DNA of 53,231 nt from positions 1 through 53,231 of the forward strand of contig JAQGDQ010001236.1 in assembly GCA_030141605.1 (NCBI GenBank). The letters run 5' to 3'. Under the pieces are notes generated by a model that worked only from the letters and a program-made list of their open reading frames with translations, searched no databases and was not told the origin of the DNA. The DNA comes from Tubiluchus corallicola. Lineage: Eukaryota > Animalia > Priapulida. The translations under genes and the position numbers were made by a program. This document shows positions 40,408 to 49,996 of the stretch, piece after piece (the first letter of the stretch is position 1; every line of letters starts with the position of its first letter).

Positions 40408-40574
40408 ATTTTTTAGGCTGTTTTTTTGCATAAAAAAAGGGGGCTTTTTACCCCCTGTATAGGCTGTTTTTTGCCTGTATGTTACTGTGTGTTTGTATTG
40501 TGTGGCTTGTTTTAAGGCTTATTAGGCTGTTTGTATGATTTAAGTTAGCATATAGTTAGGTTCTGTTGCATAAA

Positions 40575-40690
40575 TGTACATTTCGTTTTGTTGAGCTTGT
40601 TTTTATATATAGGCTGTATCTCTTATAAAAAGTGATTTTTGCTGCTGTTTTGTTATTTGCTTATATGTACGTTTTGTTTTGTCCCTTATA
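40575..40690 (-). repeat. Prophage right end with putative transposase-binding sites
   Basis: Reverse complement of 40666-40690 is TATAAGGGACAAAACAAAACGTACA (19/25 to the left end); inner site CAAAACGAAATGTACA at 40575-40590. Confidence 0.78.
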
Positions 40691-41420
40691 AATTGTTGCC
40701 TAAAGTTTATATTAATTTTACACAAATTATTTTTCTCAAAGATTAAAAGTAGTATTTTTATATATAGCTATGTTCTAATAGTGCAATACATTTATATTAT
40801 AGTAGGATTAAGCATAAAAAAAGGTGTATTAACCGTTACTTATCTACCTTCTAAAGTATTAAAGTACTCACGACACAAAACAAACACAGCATCAGTCATA
40901 TTCAACGTTTTGTGTCGTCTTTTTTCTCCAATTTTTAAAAAAACAGGGTAATTTAGATACTATGTATCTAACCCCGTGTTTTAAAGTTTAAATGCAGAAA
41001 ATTAGAAATTTTCTGCATTTTTTTCATTTTTTTGTTTTATATCCATAATAGTTTATCTATTATTTATCTCATTCCTTTTTTCAATAGACTTATCTATATT
41101 TTCAAAATAGCTCTTAGAATTCTTTTTTGCTTTTTAATTTAATTACTTGTTATTTTATTCTTTTACTATTTGCAATTTCTTGCTTTTATGTCATCTGTCG
41201 TAGGTTTGTAAGACGTTATTTGTTTTTAATTTCTTGTAACGATTTGATTTTTTTGATTATGCTTGGTTATTAGATAAGTTGGTTCTAAACTAAAAATAAA
41301 AGATGAAATATTTAGGCGGTATGATATAATATGTTCTTAGTATTTGTTTTTAGACGGTTAATTGTCCACTAAAAGAGTATAATAATACTGAACAACCACC
41401 CTGAAAGATAGTGGTTGTTT

Positions 41421-41467
41421 TTTGTGCATTTCGCATTAAATTTCTGCACATTTCGTTTTTAGTTACA
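41421..41467 (-). mobile_element. Orphan Mu/IS21-like transposon end
   Basis: Reverse complement TGTAACTAAAAACGAAATGTGCAGAAATTTAATGCGAAATGCACAAA: two CGAAATG cores 22 bp apart, TG terminus. Confidence 0.5.
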
Positions 41468-41485
41468 AAAAAATGAAAGTTGAAA

Positions 41486-42244
41486 TTAAGACAAATTGCT
41501 TGTTCCTTTCTTTATATTGCGTTTTACGTCAATAGAGTAAGTATATCCTTCTGATACATACCACCCCTCGTTGTATTCTATAGGCTTATCGCCAATATCA
41601 TAAACCAAGCGTTTTCTATACAATACAGGGTCTCCAACATCTATGTTTAGTTTAGACGATAAAAACTTGTCAGCTATTACAGCTTTTATCTCTTCTCGTG
41701 AAAGAACTGGGATAATACCTTTCTCTTTTTCTAATTTATCATATAAAGAAATATTTTTGAGATTATCCTTATCACTTAGTCCAATCCTTGGATGAAAAAC
41801 AGACGTAAAATAAACATTCCGCCGTTTATTAAGCCCTCTAACTCTGGCTAATCTGAATAGCTCAGTACCTTCGTTTATGTTAAAAAAATACTTTTGTTCT
41901 GCAGAGGGAGGCACCCAAGAAGTTTCTACTTCTATATTTTGAAATTTTGTGCTACTATCGCCAACTTCTTGAACAAAGTCTAACCACGAATCGTGCTCAA
42001 TATTAAAATTGTGGCTTTTAACTTTTGTGCCCACTCCCTTTTTTCGTTCTAGAAGCCCTTCGAAAACAAGTGTATTTATTGCTTGACGTACCGTATTTCT
42101 TGATACTCCTGTTTTTTTAGCAATTTCATCTTCGCGAGGTATTAATTTCCCATTTTTATACTCGTCCTCTTTTATAAGGTTTCTAATGTATTTTTCTATC
42201 TGATAATGATAAGGAAGACCGCTATTTTTATCTATTATTAGCAT
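41486..42244 (-). CDS. GntR-family (HutC/UTRA) transcriptional regulator
   Basis: IPREDEIAKKTGVSRNTVRQAI..LV.EGLLERKKGVGT wHTH; UTRA-like C-terminus. Confidence 0.92.
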   Translation of the reverse strand: MLIIDKNSGLPYHYQIEKYIRNLIKEDEYKNGKLIPREDEIAKKTGVSRNTVRQAINTLVFEGLLERKKGVGTKVKSHNFNIEHDSWLDFVQEVGDSSTKFQNIEVETSWVPPSAEQKYFFNINEGTELFRLARVRGLNKRRNVYFTSVFHPRIGLSDKDNLKNISLYDKLEKEKGIIPVLSREEIKAVIADKFLSSKLNIDVGDPVLYRKRLVYDIGDKPIEYNEGWYVSEGYTYSIDVKRNIKKGTSNLS

Positions 42245-42436
42245 AATATGATATTCTTTAAGTAGTTGTTAATAGTCTGTTGCAAACATACAATATATAT
42301 ACATATTATAAATTATTTTTTTACAATCGTATAATCGCCAAAACGAATTGTATATTTTTTACACCTTTTTTTGTTTTAAAAAACGATTATTGCTGAAAGT
42401 AAATTTAATCTATTGTCTGATAAAAGAAATAATGCT

Positions 42437-42547
42437 ATGAAAAATACATTCTTAATCTTATTTTCGCTTTTAATATTTATAAGCTGCGAGAAAGAAGAAC
42501 AATTTAAGGGCGGTTGTATTCTGCTGTGCAGAATTGGTAATTTATAA
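42437..42547 (+). pseudogene. Lipoprotein gene 5' end truncated by the repeat element
   Basis: MKNTFLILFSLLIFISCEKEEQ (lipobox) runs directly into TTTAAGGGCGG repeat sequence. Confidence 0.55.
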
Positions 42548-43494
42548 TTGTTGTCTTTTCTTCTTGTTCTTTTTTTATATGTTCTTTGGCTTGACCCAAA
42601 GAACCAACCGAGCGTAGCGAGCTCGCGAGTGCCTTTGAGTATTTTAGTTGTACGAGCAAAGCTCAAGCCTGTAAATGTTTTTCTTTACGCTCTTTTTTTA
42701 TGTTCTTTGGCTTGACCCAAAGAACCAAAACTCAAGCCTGTAAATTCTTTTGATGAAAAACTAAGCTGTCGGCTACGCTATCTTCTCAAAACTCGCCTTT
42801 TTACAAAAGGCTCAAACAGAAAATCTTCTTTTTTCTCCTTCGCTACAAAGGGCTTAACGCTATTTTTATTAGGCGGTATCGTATTCTGCTTCGCAGAATT
42901 TTAATTTTGCTGTTTCTCTTTTCTCTTTTATCTTTTATCTCTTATCTTTTCTCTTATTAAATCTTTTCTCTTTTTCTGTTAAAACCCTTTAAGGGCGGTT
43001 GTATTCTGCTGTGCAGAATTGGTAATTTATAATTGTCGTCTTTTCTGTTTTGTTCTTTTTTCTATGTTCTTTGGCTTGACCCAAAGAACCAACCGAACGT
43101 AGTGAGCTCGCGAGTTCCTTTGAGTATTTTAGTTGTACGAGCAAAGGTCAAGCCTGTAAATGTTTTTTTTTATGTTCTTTGGCTTGACCCAAAGAACCAA
43201 CCGAACGTAGTGAGCTCGCGAGTTCCTTTGAGTATTTTAGTTGTACGAGCAAAGGTCAAGCCTGTAAATGTTTTTTTTTTATGTTCTTTGGCTTGACCCA
43301 AAGAACCAAAGGTCAAGCCTGTAAATTCTTTTGATGAAAAACTAAGCTGTCGGCTACGCTATCTTCTCAAAACTCGCCTTTTTACAAAAGGCTCAAACAG
43401 TGAGAAGATTTTTCGCTCCGCCTTTCGCTGTTTTTCTATCAAAAGCCTTTAAGGGCGGTCGTTTCTGCTACGCAGAATTACTAACTGTTAATTA
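42503..43494 (+). repeat. Composite repeat block: pseudoknot heads with 52-bp inserts, an A/B chimeric element and variant A
   Basis: Same motifs as 16714-17190 and 22400-22828. Confidence 0.9.
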
Positions 43495-45624
43495 CTACTT
43501 TTTCAATTGTTTTACTTCGTTAAGAAGTTTTTCTATTTGTGTTTGTTGTTTTTTTGCCTGTTTTTTCTGTTGCTCTATCTGTGTTTGCTTTTCTTCTACT
43601 TTTGTTGATAGTTCTTGTATGGCTTTTATCATAGGGGCTATGAGTTGGTCGTAGGCAAATCCCATTTCTTGGTGGTTGATGTCGGGGTTGTTCACCTCTG
43701 TGTCCTTCACACCCGAAAACACCATAGGGTCTATGAGCTTGAGCATCTCTTGGGCTACTATCCCCCTGTGCCAGCGTTTGCCTGCTTTGCTCCCCTTGGC
43801 GTGTTCCTTAGCATCGTATACACGCTCGCCTTTCTCGTCTGTTTTGAATACTTCTCTTTCTTCTGCCTCTGCTGCTCCTTCTCTTTTTTCTTTTACTTTT
43901 TCTCTTATCCAATATTGGTCTCTATTGTTGCCTCTCCATTTGCGGGTTTTTATCTGCTTTACAAAGTCCAGTCCCAGCTCATTATCGGCTATGTCTATCT
44001 TATCTCGCTCGTCGGAAGTTACCACATTACCATTGCCTAGTTTTACAGTGGTGTCAGACCTCCCAAGCACCATAGTGTAGTCTGCTGATACATTTGCATT
44101 GTATCCCAGTGCGGTGGAATAGCGGCCACTGGCTTCTGCACTTCGTCCCAGTGCGGTGGAATCGCGGCCACTGGCTGCTGCTCTGTATCCCACTGCGGTG
44201 GAAGAGTCGCCACTGGCTTCTGCACGGAATCCCAGTGCGGTGGATTGGTCACCACTGGCTTTTGCAAGTCGTCCCAGTGCGGTGGAATGGTCGCTACTGG
44301 CTGCGGCTTCGTATCCCAGTGCGGTGGAAAAGTCGCCACTGGCTGTTGCAAGTCGTCCCAGTGCGGTGGAACCGCTGCCACTGGCTTCTGCTTGGCTTCC
44401 CAGTGCGGTGGATTGGTCACCACTGGCTTCTGCATTATTTCCCAGTGCGGTGGATTGGTCACCACTGGCTTCTGCTAAGTATCCCAGTGCGGTGGAATCG
44501 CTGTGACTGGCTTTTGCTTTGTATCCCAGTGCGGTGGAATTTTCACCACTGGCTTTTGCCCAGTATCCCAGTGCGGTGGAATTGTCACCACTGACTTCTG
44601 CTAAGTCTCCCAGTGCGGTGGAATAGTCGCTTCTAGCTGATGCACCGTTTCCCAGTGCGGTGGAATAGAGGCCACTGGCTTTTGCCCAGTATCCCAGTGC
44701 GATGGAATCGCTGTGACTGGCTTTTGCTTTGTATCCCAGTGCGGTGGACCAGTCGCCACTGGCTTCTGCTTCGTTTCCCAGTGCGATGGATTGGATGCCA
44801 CTGGCTGTTGCGAGGTATCCCAGTGCGGTGGAAGAGCTGCCACTGGCTGCTGCATTATCTCCTATTTGCACCTGTATGGTAGAACTACCTCTTGTGGCAT
44901 CCCTCACTGCCTTACTAGTGGCTAAGGTGTTGCTGTCGTCAAGTGTGGGGTTGTCGCTCTTGGCGTTGGGTAAGTCACTTAGCTTGTCGTGTACCGCCTT
45001 ACTGGTGGCTAAGGTGTTGCTACTGTTTAGTGTGGTGCTGTCGCTTTTGGGTAGGTTATGCCCTGTTTCTTTGTTTACGGCTACCAAGCTACCCGTTCCG
45101 TCGGTCTCTACGTTGCTATTGGGGTCTTGTACAAGGCTTAGCCTTTCTGTTAGGGCTTGTTGGTAGCTGCGTAGGGTGCTGTTGCCATTGACATCAGGAG
45201 AGCTAAGGGTTAGGTAGTCTTCAGGGGCGTCTGGTGGGTTGCCTACTACTACGGCTTCTATTAGTTCGCTGTAGTCTTTGTTCTCGCCGTTCTGATATAC
45301 CTTTTTAGTTGGTGTTTCTTGTTTTTCAAGGTATTTGTTGGCACTCAGGTCTATGCTGCTGCCTCCTTGAAACCAGCAAAGCTTAGCATCTATTACGCAG
45401 TAGCCGCTGCCTATGTCCCACAGCCCGCCGCCTTTGTCGGTAAACTTAAAGCCGTCTATCACAAAGCCTTCTTTGCCTCGTGTGGTGTTGGGGGTGGTAT
45501 TGGCTATGGATAAAAATCTATCCCACACATCGTACACTGCATTTAGTCTTAACACATCGGCCATAAACTCGGGTCTCCCGCCGGTCTTTGCCAATATCCT
45601 TTTTCTTTCTTCTGTTTGAATCAT
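43495..45624 (-). CDS. Tail fibre F2: divergent N-domain, 19 YadA-like repeats, S74-like chaperone, short coiled coil
   Basis: Shares DPNSNVETD and KSD..L.DSNTLATSK linkers and a near-identical S74 domain with F1. Confidence 0.88.
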   Translation of the reverse strand: MIQTEERKRILAKTGGRPEFMADVLRLNAVYDVWDRFLSIANTTPNTTRGKEGFVIDGFKFTDKGGGLWDIGSGYCVIDAKLCWFQGGSSIDLSANKYLEKQETPTKKVYQNGENKDYSELIEAVVVGNPPDAPEDYLTLSSPDVNGNSTLRSYQQALTERLSLVQDPNSNVETDGTGSLVAVNKETGHNLPKSDSTTLNSSNTLATSKAVHDKLSDLPNAKSDNPTLDDSNTLATSKAVRDATRGSSTIQVQIGDNAAASGSSSTALGYLATASGIQSIALGNEAEASGDWSTALGYKAKASHSDSIALGYWAKASGLYSTALGNGASARSDYSTALGDLAEVSGDNSTALGYWAKASGENSTALGYKAKASHSDSTALGYLAEASGDQSTALGNNAEASGDQSTALGSQAEASGSGSTALGRLATASGDFSTALGYEAAASSDHSTALGRLAKASGDQSTALGFRAEASGDSSTAVGYRAAASGRDSTALGRSAEASGRYSTALGYNANVSADYTMVLGRSDTTVKLGNGNVVTSDERDKIDIADNELGLDFVKQIKTRKWRGNNRDQYWIREKVKEKREGAAEAEEREVFKTDEKGERVYDAKEHAKGSKAGKRWHRGIVAQEMLKLIDPMVFSGVKDTEVNNPDINHQEMGFAYDQLIAPMIKAIQELSTKVEEKQTQIEQQKKQAKKQQTQIEKLLNEVKQLKK

Positions 45625-45689
45625 CTTTTTTTGAATTTAAAATTTATTATATGCCTTTTTACTTATTATATTTTATTTTCAATGGTACT

Positions 45690-47730
45690 TGTGAGTTCCT
45701 TTGAAAGTGAAGTTTGTGAGCAAAGGTCAAGCCTGTAAATGCTTTTCTTTATGTTCTTTGGCTTGACCCAAAGAACCAACCGAACGTAGTGAGCTCGCGA
45801 ACTCCTTTGAGTATTGTAGTTGTATGAGCAAAAGAGCCAACCGAGCGAAGCGAGCTCGCGAACTCCTTTGAAAGCAAAGTTTGTGAGCAAAAAATCAAGC
45901 CTGTAAATTCTTTTGATGAAAAACTATGCTGTCGGCTACGCTATCTTCTCAAAACTCGCCTTTTTACAAAAGGCTCAAACAGTGAGAAGATTTTTCGCTC
46001 CGCCTTTCGCTGTTTTTCTATCAAAAGCCTTTAAGGGCTTTTGTATTCTGCTGTGCAGAATTGGTAATTTATAATTGTCGTTTTTTCTCTTTTGTTCTTT
46101 TTTTTATGTTCTTTGGTTTGATACAATTCTTATGTTCTTTTGCCTTGATGCAAAAGAACCAACCGAACGTAGTGAGCTCGCGAACTCCTTTGAAAGCAAA
46201 GTTTGTGAGCAAAACTCAAGCCTGTAAATGTTTTTCTTTACGCTCTTTTGTCTTGATACAAAAGAGCCAAAAAATCAAGCCTGTAAATTCTTTTGATGAA
46301 AAACTAAGCTGTCGGCTACGCTATCTTCTCAAAACTCGCCTTTTTACAAAAGGCTCAAACAGTGAGAAGATTTTTCGCTCCGCCTTTCGCTGTTTTTCTA
46401 TCAAAAGCCTTTAAGGGCGGTCGTATTCTGCTTCGCAGAATTGGTAATTTATAATTGTCGTCTTTTCTTCTTGTTCTTTTTTTTATGTTCTTTGGCTTGA
46501 TACAATTCTTTATGTTCTTTGGCTTGACCCAAAGAACCAACCGAACGTAGTGAGCTCGCGAGTTCCTTTGAGTATTTTAGTTGTACGAGCAACCGAACGT
46601 AGTGAGCTCGCGAGTTCCTTTGAGTATTTTAGTTGTACGAGCAACCGAACGTAGTGAGCTCGCGAGTTCCTTTGAGTATTTTAGTTGTACGAGCAAAGGT
46701 CAAGCCTGTAAATGTTTTTCTTTATGTTCTTTGGCTTGACCCAAAGAACCAACCGAACGTAGTGAGCTCGCGAGTTCCTTTGAGTATTTTAGTTGTACGA
46801 GCAACCGAACGTAGTGAGCTCGCGAGTTCCTTTGAGTATTTTAGTTGTACGAGCAACCGAACGTAGTGAGCTCGCGAGTTCCTTTGAGTATTTTAGTTGT
46901 ACGAGCAAAGGTCAAGCCTGTAAATGTTTTTCTTTATGTTCTTTGGCTTGACCCAAAGAACGAAAACTCAAGCCTGATTTTAAATTTCTGAACTTCTACA
47001 CTTCGCTACACTAAAATGTGCTAAACTCGTTCGCTCAGTAATTCGCTCTCTCAAACAGAGCCCATTTTTACGTTTCGCTGCGTTTGAAGTTTTACGAAAT
47101 TTTAAATAGGGCGGTCGTATTCTGCTTCGCAGAATTAGTAATTTATAATTGTCGTTTTTTCTCTTTTCTCTTATTAAATCTTTTATCTTTTCTATCAAAA
47201 GCCTTTAAGGGCGTTTGTATTCTGCTTCGCAGAATTAGTAATTTATAATTGTCGTCTTTTATCTTTTCTGTTTTCTCTTTTCTCTTATTAAATCTTTTAT
47301 CTTTTCTGTTAAAAGCCTTTAAGGGCGGTTGTATTCTGCTTCGCAGAATTTTAATTTTGCTGTTTCTCTTCTCTCTTTTCTCTTTTATCTCTTATCTTTT
47401 CTCTTATTAAATCTTTTCTGTTTTTCTATCAAAAGCTTTTAAGGGCGTTTGTGTTCTGCTGTGCAGAATTTTAATTTTGCTGTTTCTCTTCTCTCTTCTC
47501 TCTTCTCTCTTCTCTCTTCTCTCTTCTCTGTTTTCTCTTTTATCTCTTTTATCTCTTATCTTTTCTCTTATTAAATCTTCTCTGTTTTTCTATCAAAAGC
47601 CTTTAAGGGCGGTTGTATTCTGCTTCGCAGAATTGGTAATTTATAATTGTCGTCTCTTATCTTTTCTCTCTTATCTTTTCTCTTATTAAATCTTTTCTGT
47701 TTTTCTATCAAAAGCCTTTAAGGGCGGTTG
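45690..47730 (+). repeat. Large composite repeat block: variants A and C, tandem 52-bp units, hairpins, CTCTT microsatellite
   Basis: 52-bp units at 46539, 46591, 46643, 46751, 46803, 46855; variant C at ~46940-47112. Confidence 0.9.
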
Positions 47731-48050
47731 TTGTGTTTTTGCTTTGAGGTCTTTTGCTGCAAATAAGACGTTATTGGCTTTTATAGTTCCGTTTACGTGT
47801 AGTTTGGTTTGTAGGCTGTCAGTGCCTATATGCCTACATTACCGCTGTTTACATTGCTTATATTATCACCCGTTGTCTCCCATGTTTTTGGAGCGGCTAC
47901 CAAGCTACCCGCCTCGTCTTTCTCTACGTTGCTATTGGGGTCTTGCACAAGGCTTAGCCTTTCTGTTAGGGCTTGTTGTTAGCTGCGTAGGGTGCTGTTG
48001 CCATTTACATCAGGAGGGCTAGGGGTTAGGTAGTCCTCAGGGGCGTCCAG
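47731..48050 (-). pseudogene. Tail fibre fragment F5: end of the F2-type N-domain joined to an F3-type GIGT domain
   Basis: Translates DAPEDYLTPSPPDVNGNSTLRS*QQALTERLSLVQDPNSNVEKDEAGSLVAAPKTWETTGDNISNVNSGNVGI, with an internal stop and a frameshift. Confidence 0.75.
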
Positions 48051-48063
48051 TGTAAAATTTATT

Positions 48064-49803
48064 TTACACCCACTCAAAGCCACCGTTGCCATCGGCTGTA
48101 AGCACCTGTCCGGCTTCGCCTGTACTTCCTTTTTTATCTACTAAGCTTGTTATTTTTGTTCTGCCGCTCACTGTCAAAGTGTCTGTAGTAGGTGAGGTGC
48201 CTATGCCTATTTTCCCACTGTTTAATATTGTCAGATAATCAGTCAATCCGCTATCGGTAGATGCGTTGCCTCCCCTTATCTTTAAACTGCTGCTGGTGCC
48301 AGAGGTTTGGTAGATGTTCCACTCGCTGCTGCCATTTGAATTTCGAAGACTTATACCTCCTTCATCGTTGTTGTTTGTTCTTTGCAGCACCAAGCCCACT
48401 CCTATTCGTGGGAGGTCTCTAATGTGCAATGCAGCAGCTACACTACCTGTTGTATTTATTCCAAACTTACCCGCTGTATCAATCTCTGCTACATTACCGC
48501 CTACGTGAAGATAATTACCCTGTCCGTCGCCTATTTGAATGCGAATTATCCCTTCCTTCACGCTAAATCTAACAGACCTGTCGTTTGACTCTTGGCCGTC
48601 TCTAATAGCAAAGGTTGAAAGATCGCCTGTTGAGCCAAAGAAAGCTACTACTTGGTCGCTTCCTTCTACGTGAAGTGCTTTTACTGGTGAGCTTGTGCCT
48701 ATGCCTACATTACCGCTGTTTACATTGGTTATATTATTGCCGTTTGTCTCCCAAGTTATTGGCACTGCTACCAAGTCCCCCGCTCCGTCAGTCTCTACGT
48801 TACTACTGGGGTCAAGGGGTGGGAGGGGAGAAATATCTCCCGAGAGAGATGACATCTTGGAGGCTGTAGCTCTAAAATACTGCTGCTCTACTTGGTTGCC
48901 ACTGGCTTCTGCCGATATGCTTATCTCCTTTGTGGAAGTAGAGATATCCAACATTATAGAGTGCGTTACCTTGGCTTTGCCATCGTCGCCCGTACCCGAA
49001 CCAGTAATAAGTACCTGCCTTTCGTCTATCAATGCTCCGCCTTCGTCTCTTATGCGTATAAATATATCTCTATTGCTACCGTCTTGGTTCACCCACGAAC
49101 CCTCGTAGGATATTGCGTGCATACCCTCTGTTTTTAACAATAACTCATTATTTACCTCGTCTAAGTCTACTACATCTGTATTGTCCGAAGCTCTAAACAG
49201 CTCTAAGTTTATGGTGGTCTCGGTCTGTGGCAGTTCTCCCTGTGCTACTTGCTGAGCTACGCACCTCACATCTTGCAAAGCTTCAAGGTTGGCAATACGC
49301 GACGATAAGACTGTTGCTACTTGTGTAAGCTCAAAGGCAGCTTTGCTAGTAGCTAAGGTGTTGGTATCGTCTTCTAATATACTGTCGCTCTTGGCATTGG
49401 GTAGGTTGCTTAGCTTGTCATTTACCGCCTTACTGGTGGCTAAGGTGTTGCTGTCGTCAAGGGTGGTGCTGTCGCTTGTTCCTGTTATTAGGTTTCCATT
49501 TACTTTTACATTCCCATTCACTTCCAGTTTTTCGCTAGGTGAGCTTGTGCCTATACCTACATTATTATCGCTTTTAACTACAAGTGCGTTGTTTTTTATG
49601 TTTACTTCTCTTGTTGTTCCAAGCAGCTTGATTGTATCGTCTTGCCCTATGTTTACGTCATTGGGTGCACTGGGGGTGCTTGTGTTGAACGTTCCTGTAC
49701 CTTCTTTGTACGACTGTAAATTGCTTGTACCCCCTCCACCTGTACCGGGAGCGGTGCTATGTGCTCTGTTGAGTGTTGTAATGTCTACTTTGGGTAATGC
49801 CAC
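48064..49803 (-). CDS. Chimeric fibre-like protein F3: sheath-like first 14 aa, NVGIGT shaft motifs, F1-type middle domain, different C-terminal region, no S74
   Basis: KSDSILEDDTNTLATSK...DPSSNVETD is highly similar to F1; repeated GNVGIGTSSP; starts MALPKVDITTLNRA. Confidence 0.8.
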   Translation of the reverse strand: MALPKVDITTLNRAHSTAPGTGGGGTSNLQSYKEGTGTFNTSTPSAPNDVNIGQDDTIKLLGTTREVNIKNNALVVKSDNNVGIGTSSPSEKLEVNGNVKVNGNLITGTSDSTTLDDSNTLATSKAVNDKLSNLPNAKSDSILEDDTNTLATSKAAFELTQVATVLSSRIANLEALQDVRCVAQQVAQGELPQTETTINLELFRASDNTDVVDLDEVNNELLLKTEGMHAISYEGSWVNQDGSNRDIFIRIRDEGGALIDERQVLITGSGTGDDGKAKVTHSIMLDISTSTKEISISAEASGNQVEQQYFRATASKMSSLSGDISPLPPLDPSSNVETDGAGDLVAVPITWETNGNNITNVNSGNVGIGTSSPVKALHVEGSDQVVAFFGSTGDLSTFAIRDGQESNDRSVRFSVKEGIIRIQIGDGQGNYLHVGGNVAEIDTAGKFGINTTGSVAAALHIRDLPRIGVGLVLQRTNNNDEGGISLRNSNGSSEWNIYQTSGTSSSLKIRGGNASTDSGLTDYLTILNSGKIGIGTSPTTDTLTVSGRTKITSLVDKKGSTGEAGQVLTADGNGGFEWV

Positions 49804-49847
49804 TTTGAGTTAAAAATTAAAGGTTATTAGTTAAAAGTTATTAGTTA

Positions 49848-49996
49848 TTAGTTATTAGTTATTGATTTATCTATTAGTTTATTATAGATTTCTTCTGTGT
49901 ATTCTTTGTTAGATTTTCCTATTTTAAGGTTGCCCAGTTGTGTTGCTATTTCTATGAGTTGTTTGCTTTTAAGTGTTTTTAAATAGTCTGTTAGTT
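49848..49996 (-). pseudogene. 3' remnant of a homolog of the pre-sheath gene (22006-22392)
   Basis: DYLKTLKSKQL..IATQL..LKIGKSNKEYTEEIYNKL aligns with EYIETLKQAQLQALCKDL..IKVGTSNLQYVEQIKEKL; 5' part replaced by repeat sequence. Confidence 0.6.

Larger units (their letters stand above)
12581..40690. mobile_element. Mu-like transposable prophage with contractile tail (~28.1 kb)
   Basis: DDE transposase, AAA ATPase, repressor/Ner, head, sheath, tube, baseplate and lysis genes between imperfect inverted 25-bp ends. Confidence 0.92.

Noticed and set aside
40845-40975. Possible integrase arm-domain remnant (LDT*...YPVFLKIGEKRRHK, minus strand) and a 12-bp inverted repeat at 40870-40918
   Set aside because: Too short and interrupted to support without a profile search
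41392-41419. Hairpin AACAACCAC...GTGGTTGTT resembling an IS200/IS605 end
   Set aside because: Single short hairpin with no tnpA or tnpB; could equally be the GntR terminator
46539-46906. CRISPR-like 52-bp repeats
   Set aside because: Units are head-to-tail with no unique spacers
42376-47689. Short ORFs in the repeat blocks (42376, 43033, 43400, 45666, 46061, 46355, 46633, 46980, 47477; likewise 50206-50700)
   Set aside because: They are translations of the non-coding repeat family and low-complexity tracts
48770-49390. DGR template/variable repeat pair with 31070-31690
   Set aside because: Differences include C/T and C/G changes and go in both directions rather than being adenine-specific; no reverse transcriptase in the window
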